Shown piece after piece: positions 8,473 to 14,431 of a stretch of 14,431 nucleotides of DNA. Origin of the DNA: an uncultured Pseudomonadota bacterium (GTDB taxonomy: Bacteria; SAR324; NAC60-12). The stretch spans positions 1-14,431 of the forward strand of contig CAJWCD010000094.1 of the NCBI GenBank assembly GCA_913020725.1, in the 5' to 3' direction. The notes beneath the pieces are model-generated. The model made no database searches. It saw only the letters and a list, made by a program, of their open reading frames with translations, and was not told the origin of the DNA. A program made the translations under genes and the position numbers. Each line of letters starts with the position of its first letter. Position 1 is the stretch's first letter.

Positions 8473-10385
8473 CAGATCTTGCCCTCGGATGGCTCAAAAA
8501 TCAGACAACCCAGCGGAGGCAGGTGCAGCACCGCACATGCGGGTTGGCCTTGCCAAGCGGAGCCTCCGGCAACAACCGCCGCTTGGGTGTTGGTGCCGGA
8601 TCCGCCGAACTCCGGGGCGTCGCTGTCGAAGAGCTTGCGCCAAGCTCCAGAGGTCGGCATTCCAACAAGATAATCCGGACGCGGCACGGGCGTGAAATTG
8701 AAGATGCACACGAGCGATGGGGCGTTCACTCCCGGAGTCGGTTTCCGCAGGAAGCTGAGAACGCTGTGTTCCGCGTCGTGGAGATCAACCCACTCGAATC
8801 CAGAGCCATCAAAGTCGTTGCTGTGCAGGCTTGGGTGAGCGCGGTAGAGATGATTCAGCGTCCGGACGCATTCCTGCAATTGCCGATGTTCCTCCGCTTC
8901 CAGCAGGTGCCAGTCTAGGCTGCGGGCTTCGCTCCATTCCTGTAATTGCCCGAACTCCTGTCCCATGAAGAGCAGCTTCTTGCCCGGATGACAGGCCATG
9001 AAACCGAGATAGAGCCGATGGTGCGCCCGCTTCTGCCAAGGGTCTCCGGGCATCTTGCCGAGCAGCGACCCCTTACCGTGAACCACCTCGTCATGCGAGA
9101 TCGGCAGCACGAAGTTCTCGCTGAAGGCGTAGGCGAGCGAAAAGGTGATCCAGTGATGCTCGTAGTGGCGATGCACCGGCTCCTTGCCGATGTACTTGAG
9201 GGTGTCGTTCATCCACCCCATGTTCCACTTCAGGTTGAAGCCCAGCCCTCCGGTGTAGGTCGGGCGGCTCACGCCGGGCCACGCCGTGGACTCCTCCGCA
9301 ATCGAGAGGATGCCCGGATGGGCTGCGAACAGCGTTTCGTGGAGCTGTCGGAAAAAGGCGATGGCCTCCAAGTGTTCACGTCCTCCGTGCTTGTTCGGAA
9401 CCCACTCGCCCTCCTTGCGCCCGTAGTCGAGGTAGAGCATTGAGGCAACCGCGTCCACTCGGATGCCGTCAATGTGGTAGTGATCAAACCAGAAGAGTGC
9501 GTTGGCGATGAGAAAATTGCGGACCTCGTTGCGCCCGTAGTTGAAGACGAGCGTGCCCCATTCCTGATGTTCACCTTTTTTCGGATCGTCGTATTCGTAA
9601 AGCGCGGTGCCATCGAAGCGAGCCAGTCCGTGCCCGTCCTTGGGGAAGTGCCCCGGAACCCAGTCGAGGATCACACCCAACCCCGCCTCGTGGCAGCGGT
9701 TGACGAGGTGCATGAAATCCTCCGGAGTCCCGAAACGCGAAGTCGGCGCGAAATAGCCCGTCACCTGATAGCCCCACGAGCCGTCGAATGGATGCTCCGC
9801 GACCGGGAGCAGTTCGAGGTGCGTGTAGCCCATTCCCTTTGCGTAGGGCACGAGATCGTCGGCGATTTCCCGGTAACTCAGAAAGCGCTCCTGCTCCTCC
9901 GGAACGCGCTTCCACGAGCCGAGATGCACTTCGTAAATGCTGATCGGCTGCTTGAGCGGATCGCTGGTGCGGCGACGTTCCAGCCACTCCGCGTCCGTCC
10001 ACGCGAATCCGGACAAGTCCGCGACCTTCGAGGCGGTGGATGGGCGGGTTTCGGTTGCAACGGCAAAGGGATCGGCTTTGAGGAAAAGCTCCCCGGCTTT
10101 CGTCTTGAGTTCGAATTTGTAGAGTGCGCCTGCTCCGACTTCCGGAATGAAGACCTCCCACACGCCGCAGTCGGAGGACTGCATGGGATGCCGCCGCCCG
10201 TCCCAGTGGTTGAAGTCGCCAACCACGCTCACCTGCTGGGCGTTCGGTGCCCAGACCGCAAACGTGGTTCCCGAAACCCCCTCCAGCGTGAGCGGGTGCG
10301 CCCCGAGTTTTTCGTGGAGCTGGTGATGGGTGCCCTCGCCAAACAGGTGCTGGTCGAGTTCCGAGAGTTGCGTTGTGAATTTCAA
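8472..10385 (-). CDS. glgB: 1,4-alpha-glucan branching enzyme (GH13_9), short-N-terminus form, 637 aa
   Basis: FAVWAPNA (CBM48), IYEVHLGSW, SWGYQVTGYFAPTSRFG, and catalytic DGIRVDAVASM, IAEEST, PISHDEVVHGK. TTG start with GGAG SD at 10396-10399, 5 nt after the aglG stop. Confidence 0.95.
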   Translation of the reverse strand: MKFTTQLSELDQHLFGEGTHHQLHEKLGAHPLTLEGVSGTTFAVWAPNAQQVSVVGDFNHWDGRRHPMQSSDCGVWEVFIPEVGAGALYKFELKTKAGELFLKADPFAVATETRPSTASKVADLSGFAWTDAEWLERRRTSDPLKQPISIYEVHLGSWKRVPEEQERFLSYREIADDLVPYAKGMGYTHLELLPVAEHPFDGSWGYQVTGYFAPTSRFGTPEDFMHLVNRCHEAGLGVILDWVPGHFPKDGHGLARFDGTALYEYDDPKKGEHQEWGTLVFNYGRNEVRNFLIANALFWFDHYHIDGIRVDAVASMLYLDYGRKEGEWVPNKHGGREHLEAIAFFRQLHETLFAAHPGILSIAEESTAWPGVSRPTYTGGLGFNLKWNMGWMNDTLKYIGKEPVHRHYEHHWITFSLAYAFSENFVLPISHDEVVHGKGSLLGKMPGDPWQKRAHHRLYLGFMACHPGKKLLFMGQEFGQLQEWSEARSLDWHLLEAEEHRQLQECVRTLNHLYRAHPSLHSNDFDGSGFEWVDLHDAEHSVLSFLRKPTPGVNAPSLVCIFNFTPVPRPDYLVGMPTSGAWRKLFDSDAPEFGGSGTNTQAAVVAGGSAWQGQPACAVLHLPPLGCLIFEPSEGKI

Positions 10386-10390
10386 AACGC

Positions 10391-11548
10391 CTAAGCTCCC
10401 TTCACGGAACCCGCAACCAGCCCGCGCACAAAATAGCGTTGCAGCGCGAAGAACACGGCTAACGGGACGAGGATCGAGATGAAGGCGCTGCTCGTGAGGA
10501 TTTCCCAGTTGTCGCCACGTGAACCAAGCAGTTCCCGCATTTTCGAGGTCAGCACGATTTGGTCATCATGCTTGCCAAGGAAGACAAGGGCGACGAGCAG
10601 GTCGTTCCAGACCCAGAGGAACTGGAAGATGGTAAACGAGGCGAGGACCGGAACCGAAAGCGGCACCACCAGCTTGGTGAAAATCTGGAAGTGAGTGGCC
10701 CCGTCAATGCGGGCGGATTCGATAATCTCCCGTGGCAAGGTGCTCATGTAGTTGCGGAGCAGGTAAATTGCCAAGGGCAGTCCAAACCCAGTGTGCGCCA
10801 GCCAAATGCCCGGATAGGACTTGCCAGCGATGTCAAAAAACTTGCCGACGTCGTTGTACATCCGCAGCAGCGGAATCAGCGACATTTGCAACGGAACCAC
10901 CAACAGTCCAACCACCACCACAAACAGCAACTGCCGCCCCGGAAAACGCATCCACACAAAGGCATAGGCGGCAAACGCCGCAATCGTGATCGGGATGATC
11001 GTGGCTGGAATCGTGACCACAAAGGTGTTCAAAAAGGACTGCCCAATGCCTTCAGCGTTCAGCACCTCGATGTAATTGTCGAGCGTGAAACTCGGAGGCA
11101 CCTCCGCTACATAGAAGATACGCTTGCCGCGTTTGTGCTTGAAAGGGATTTCCGAAACCCACTCGTAGCGGCCATCCGCTTGCAGCGTGAACACACTGCC
11201 GTTTTTCAGAGTCAGCGGCTCTCCCGCTTGGTAGGCGAAGAGATTCCGGTAGTTGATGTTGTAGCTCTTGATGGTCTTGTCTCCAGATTGGAAAAAGGTT
11301 CCGGAGATCACAAATTTCCCGTCGTGCTCCATTTGCTCCTCGGCCTTGCCCGTGCGCCCAAAGGCGTTTTGCTCGCTCGTGGAAAGTGCCGTCCACCAGC
11401 CCGTGATGGCGAGTTGATCCTTGTCCCGGAAGGAGCTGATCAGCAGGCCCAGCGTTGGCAGAATCCAGAGCAACACAAGCACCAGCAGGCTAAAATGAAC
11501 GAGTAACCGTCCAAGGGTGAGGTTCAGAAAGGGAATCCGAAAGTTCAT
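10391..11548 (-). CDS. aglG: Alpha-glucoside ABC transporter permease (MalG-type), ~385 aa
   Basis: WILPTLGLLISSFRDKDQLAITGWW, long periplasmic loop, EAA loop LPREIIESARIDGA, FLWVWNDLL, QRYFVRGLVAGSVKG. Start moved to ATG 11548, which overlaps the aglF stop as ATGA. Confidence 0.9.
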   Translation of the reverse strand: MNFRIPFLNLTLGRLLVHFSLLVLVLLWILPTLGLLISSFRDKDQLAITGWWTALSTSEQNAFGRTGKAEEQMEHDGKFVISGTFFQSGDKTIKSYNINYRNLFAYQAGEPLTLKNGSVFTLQADGRYEWVSEIPFKHKRGKRIFYVAEVPPSFTLDNYIEVLNAEGIGQSFLNTFVVTIPATIIPITIAAFAAYAFVWMRFPGRQLLFVVVVGLLVVPLQMSLIPLLRMYNDVGKFFDIAGKSYPGIWLAHTGFGLPLAIYLLRNYMSTLPREIIESARIDGATHFQIFTKLVVPLSVPVLASFTIFQFLWVWNDLLVALVFLGKHDDQIVLTSKMRELLGSRGDNWEILTSSAFISILVPLAVFFALQRYFVRGLVAGSVKGA

Positions 11549-12558
11549 CGCGCTTGCTCTTCCTGACGGAAACGCCAGATGTTCCAAACCATGATCGGGA
11601 TGACTGCGATCATGATGAAGAGCGCGATGGTGCTACCTCGTCCAGAATCGCCACCCCCCCGGAACATCCAGTCGAACATCAGATTTGCCAGCACCTCCGT
11701 GCCCCACTGTCCGTTGGTCATCGCCAGCACGATGTCGAAGATTTTCAGCACAATGATGGTGATGGTGGTCCAGACCACAACGATGGTGCCCATAATCTGG
11801 GGCACCATGATCCGGAAGAAAATCTGAATCTCGCTGGCTCCGTCAATGCGTGCGGCTTCCAGCGTCTCCTCCGAAACGCTGCGGAGGGCGGCACTGAAGA
11901 TCACCATCGCAAAACCGGTCTGAATCCAGACCAGAATGGCCATCAGGAAAAAGCTGTTCCAGAACGGGATCGTGATCCACGCCTGCGATTCTCCACCCAA
12001 GAACACCACGAGTGCGTTGAGAATGCCGATTTGTTCTGAATCTGGCCCCCGGAAGTCATAAACGAATTTCCAGATCACACTTGCACCGACAAAGGAAATC
12101 GCCATTGGCATGAAGATCAGCGATTTCGCCACCGTGCCCCACCAGACCCGATCCGCCAAAACTGCCACAAGTAGGCCGAAGACCGCGCTCAGAGCAGGCA
12201 CGACCACCAACCAGAGCACGTTGTTGGTAAGTGCTTGCAGGATTTCCGGGTTCTGCACCGCCCAAACATAGTTGCGCAGCCCGACCGATCGCTCCCCAGT
12301 GAAATCGTGGAAGCTCAGGCGAATGGTTTCGTAAACGGGATAGATGAGGTAAACAAAGAGCAGCAGCAGCGCCGGAAGCAGAAACAGCCACGGACGCAGA
12401 GCCTCGCGCTTGCGATCGCGGCTGAGGGTTTGGCCTGTTGAGGTTTGCTTGTCCGAAAACAGGAATTCCAGCAGCAGGTTGCTACCGAGGAAGTAGAGCA
12501 GACACGCGCCCACACCAAGAACCACCGCCGCAAGGGCACCAAGAATTTGGGCGGTCAC
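11545..12558 (-). CDS. aglF: Alpha-glucoside ABC transporter permease (MalF-type), 337 aa
   Basis: GTG start with GGAAGG SD. RPWLFLLPA, KSLIFMPMAISFVGASVIWKFVY, WIQTGFAMVI, EAA loop EETLEAARIDGA, LKIFDIV. Confidence 0.9.
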   Translation of the reverse strand: MTAQILGALAAVVLGVGACLLYFLGSNLLLEFLFSDKQTSTGQTLSRDRKREALRPWLFLLPALLLLFVYLIYPVYETIRLSFHDFTGERSVGLRNYVWAVQNPEILQALTNNVLWLVVVPALSAVFGLLVAVLADRVWWGTVAKSLIFMPMAISFVGASVIWKFVYDFRGPDSEQIGILNALVVFLGGESQAWITIPFWNSFFLMAILVWIQTGFAMVIFSAALRSVSEETLEAARIDGASEIQIFFRIMVPQIMGTIVVVWTTITIIVLKIFDIVLAMTNGQWGTEVLANLMFDWMFRGGGDSGRGSTIALFIMIAVIPIMVWNIWRFRQEEQAR

Positions 12559-12569
12559 ATTGCCTTCCG

Positions 12570-12618
12570 AAAAACCTGAAAGGGGAAGCCGGGTCGAGCA
12601 AGATTCCCCAACCCGGCT
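12570..12618 (-). terminator. Stem-loop after aglE (partial terminator or mRNA stabiliser between binding protein and permeases)
   Basis: Minus-strand RNA AGCCGGGUUGGG-GAAUCUUG-CUCGACCCGGCU, a 12-bp stem with two G-U pairs that form only on the coding strand, followed by UCCCCUUUCAGGUUUUU. Confidence 0.65.
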
Positions 12619-12647
12619 GAGGTCAGAAGCGGATCAAGATCAAGGGG

Positions 12648-13958
12648 TTACTTGATCGAATCCCAACTATTCTGGATGTTGTCCGCGATTTTCTCGGCAG
12701 ACGCGCCACTGACATAAAACACCATCTGACTCCAGAACGCACCTGCACCGATCGCTCCGGGCATGAGGTCGGAACCGTCAAAGCGGAAGGTGGTGGCATT
12801 TTGCAGGATTTCCCCCTGCTTGCGCAAGATGTTGCTGGAGTAGGCATTCAGGTTCACACCCTTGTGCGGGGTGAGGAAACCTGCACGCGCCATCCAGATT
12901 TCATGCGACTTCGGATGCTGGAGGAACTTGATGAACTCACGGGTTGCCCCGCTGTCCTCGGTGATCGCCAGCAGCGTGCCACCGCCGAGGACGGGATTCC
13001 CCAACTGCGCTGCCTTGGCTTCAAACGAAGGGAAGTAGAAGAAATCTGCATCGGTGCCGACTTCCACTCCTTTCGGAAAGAAGGCCGGAATAAAACTCGC
13101 CTGACGGTGCATGTAGCACTTGGGCGGGATCGTGAACATGCCCTTGGGGCTATCCCGGAAATCCGTTGCACCCACAGCGCGGGTGCCGCCTTCCACATAG
13201 TCGTTGTTCTTGGCGAACTTGCCGAAGGTCTTGATCGCGTTGACTACGCGAGGATCATTGAATTTCACAGTGTTGGCTACCCAGCCGTCGTACACGTCCG
13301 GGGTTTGGGTGCGCAGCATGAGATCCTCCACCCAGTCCGTCGCAGGCCAGCCGGTCGCATCTCCGGAACTCAGCCCGATGCACCACGGAGTGCCACCATC
13401 CTTGACGATCTGGTCACTTAGCGCGAACAGTTCCTCCATCGTCTTCGGGACTTCGTAGCCCCCGGCCTCGAAGTTCTCCGGAACGTACCAGACCAGCGAC
13501 TTGACGTTCACGTTGAAGAAAAACCCGTAGAACTTATCGTTGCCGCTTTTGTCCGGATAGGTACCCAGATCAACCCACGACGGTCCAGCGGCGTAGTTGC
13601 TCTTCACCCAGTTAGCCGTTGCACCACCTAATGGCACAAGTCCACCAATTGCGGCCATGTTCGCCGCCAGTCCCGGCTGCGGAAACGCCGCCAAGTTCGG
13701 TGGACTGCCCGCCTTGATGTCAATCACAATCTGCTGCTCAAAGCTGTCCGAACCAGCATACTCGACCTTCGCACCTGTCGCCTTTTCAAAGTAAGACGTG
13801 ACGGCCTCAAAGCTCTCCTCATCCGCAGTCAGCCACGGGCCAGCAATGGTGACGGTCTGTCCGCTCAGATTCGGCCCCTTGTATTCGGCGGCAGCTGCAC
13901 CGACAGACACCGTGGCCGCAGCAAAAGCAACCAGCATGGTTTTCACGAACTGTTTCAT
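12648..13958 (-). CDS. aglE: Alpha-glucoside ABC transporter periplasmic substrate-binding protein, 436 aa
   Basis: AAGGAGAG SD (13963-13970) and Sec signal peptide. GSDSFEQQIVID, PPNLAAFPQPG, VKSLVWYVPENF, PWCIGLSSGDATGWPATDWVEDLMLR, CYMHRQASFI, TFRFDGSDLMPGAIGAGAFW, all typical of AglE. Confidence 0.92.
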   Translation of the reverse strand: MKQFVKTMLVAFAAATVSVGAAAAEYKGPNLSGQTVTIAGPWLTADEESFEAVTSYFEKATGAKVEYAGSDSFEQQIVIDIKAGSPPNLAAFPQPGLAANMAAIGGLVPLGGATANWVKSNYAAGPSWVDLGTYPDKSGNDKFYGFFFNVNVKSLVWYVPENFEAGGYEVPKTMEELFALSDQIVKDGGTPWCIGLSSGDATGWPATDWVEDLMLRTQTPDVYDGWVANTVKFNDPRVVNAIKTFGKFAKNNDYVEGGTRAVGATDFRDSPKGMFTIPPKCYMHRQASFIPAFFPKGVEVGTDADFFYFPSFEAKAAQLGNPVLGGGTLLAITEDSGATREFIKFLQHPKSHEIWMARAGFLTPHKGVNLNAYSSNILRKQGEILQNATTFRFDGSDLMPGAIGAGAFWSQMVFYVSGASAEKIADNIQNSWDSIK

Positions 13959-13989
13959 CGCGCTCTCCTTGTTTAGTGATGAGTGTTTA

Positions 13990-14009
13990 CAGACGGGTCA
14001 CCCCGCCCA
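13990..14009 (-). other. GNRA-capped hairpin in the predicted aglE 5' UTR
   Basis: Minus-strand RNA UGGGCGGG-GUGA-CCCGUCUG. The G-U pairs form only on the coding strand. Confidence 0.4.
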
Positions 14010-14031
14010 GTGCTTGTTCAAATTGTCGGCC

Positions 14032-14047
14032 TCCAAAACATTTTGAA
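14032..14047. promoter_or_regulatory. Putative LacI-family (AglR-like) operator just downstream of the predicted aglE start site
   Basis: TCCAAAACATTTTGAA: palindromic CAAAA-CA-TTTTG, one base from the CAAAA-CG-TTTTG pattern. Confidence 0.5.
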
Positions 14048-14062
14048 AAACAGCTATCAGAA

Positions 14063-14090
14063 ATTCTACCTGTGAATTTTCAGGAATCAA
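14063..14090 (-). promoter_or_regulatory. Predicted sigma70 promoter of aglE
   Basis: TTGATT (14090-14085), 16-nt spacer, TAGAAT (14068-14063) on the minus strand, about 105 nt before the aglE ATG. Confidence 0.6.
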
Positions 14091-14099
14091 TCGCTTTAG
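14086..14099. promoter_or_regulatory. Putative LacI-family operator overlapping the aglE -35 box
   Basis: Minus strand CTAAAGCGATTGAT with central CG, resembling AAAGCGCTTT-type sites. Confidence 0.45.
14090..14098 (+). repeat. 9-bp direct repeat (target-site duplication), left copy ATCGCTTTA
   Basis: Identical to 14259-14267 and directly abuts the left terminal inverted repeat. Confidence 0.8.
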
Positions 14100-14258
14100 A
14101 TAGTCCCCCTCTTGAGTGTTGGTGCCTGTCCTCAGCAAAATACGCCCTGTAAAGTGTTGGGATTTTGCAAATAGACGGCGTTTTCCGGTACGTTTCCCCC
14201 GGTTTACAGTTATTGTTCCCGAATTTTCAGAGGAACAACACTCAAGAGGGTGACTACC
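14099..14258. mobile_element. 160-bp MITE-like non-autonomous insertion element
   Basis: Terminal inverted repeats GATAGTCCCCCTCTTGAGTGTTG (14099-14121) and GGTAGTCACCCTCTTGAGTGTTG (reverse complement of 14236-14258), 21/23 identical. Exact 9-bp flanking direct repeat, no coding capacity, about 48% GC by hand count. Confidence 0.75.
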
Positions 14259-14267
14259 ATCGCTTTA
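14259..14267 (+). repeat. 9-bp direct repeat (target-site duplication), right copy ATCGCTTTA
   Basis: Identical to 14090-14098 and directly abuts the right terminal inverted repeat. Confidence 0.8.
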
Positions 14268-14323
14268 TTGATGCCTGAAAATATTGGAGCGACTTGGGAA
14301 AATATGGTGGACTGCTCCGCAGT

Positions 14324-14431
14324 TCAGGCGGCGAGCCGCTGGAAGGCGTTGCCCTGATTGCCAAAAAGATGGCAGTCGTTGAAGTCGAAACCGATCGCAA
14401 TGGATTCACCTGCGGAAACGGTTTTGTCTCC
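14324..14431 (-). CDS. C-terminus of a sugar ABC transporter ATP-binding protein (MalK/AglK-like); 3' fragment only
   Basis: Hand translation GDKTVSAGESIAIGFDFNDCHLFGNQGNAFQRLAA-stop (TGA at 14326-14324) resembles the MalK-family C-terminal TOBE/OB end (G..I.IG....CHLF...G.A..RL). It is codirectional with aglEFG, which otherwise has no ATPase in the window. Confidence 0.75.
   Translation of the reverse strand, partial: GDKTVSAGESIAIGFDFNDCHLFGNQGNAFQRLAA

Noticed and set aside
7462..8673. 403-aa plus-strand ORF
   Set aside because: Antisense shadow of glgP/glgB with no recognisable motifs. Long antisense frames are expected with GC-biased codon usage.
9474..11506. 306-aa (9474-10394) and 315-aa (10559-11506) plus-strand ORFs
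   Set aside because: Antisense shadows of glgB and aglG with no family motifs.
11549..11587. ORF-track start of aglG at 11587
   Set aside because: It would overlap aglF by 43 nt. ATG 11548 gives the standard ATGA coupling.
14107..14250. CRISPR-like array from the recurring CAACACT-N4-AGGG motif
   Set aside because: Only three short copies in mixed orientation, with no regular spacers and no cas genes.
14076..14282. 6S RNA, riboswitch or simple invertible promoter as explanation of the long inverted repeat
   Set aside because: No recognisable 6S or riboswitch consensus and no invertase in the window. The exact 9-bp direct repeat abutting the inner arms is explained more simply by an insertion. 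Not fully excluded without an Rfam scan and read mapping.
14369..14431. Possible divergent plus-strand gene starting MAVVEVETDRNGF, and a LacI-like GGAAACGGTTTT within it
   Set aside because: The opposite strand reads as a convincing MalK-family C-terminus, and there is no SD for the plus-strand ATG.

Overview
Gram-negative bacterial carbohydrate locus with GC-rich coding regions. Most of the window is one tightly packed minus-strand gene run: the 3' end of an ABC ATPase (aglK/malK-like, cut by the right edge), a 365-bp intergenic region, then aglE, aglF, aglG, glgB, glgP, aglA (GH13 alpha-glucosidase) and an MFS transporter. A branching enzyme and a glucan phosphorylase therefore sit inside an alpha-glucoside uptake operon. 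At the left are a plus-strand pair (LolA-like periplasmic protein and DUF1302-like outer-membrane barrel) and a divergent AfuA-like ABC substrate-binding gene cut by the left edge. The ORF track missed both edge genes. The most striking non-coding feature is a 160-bp MITE-like element (14099-14258) with 23-bp terminal inverted repeats and an exact 9-bp flanking direct repeat (ATCGCTTTA). It lies in the centre of a 38-bp palindrome that overlaps the predicted aglE -35 box and a LacI-type operator-like site. All protein assignments come from motif recognition by eye; no searches were run.
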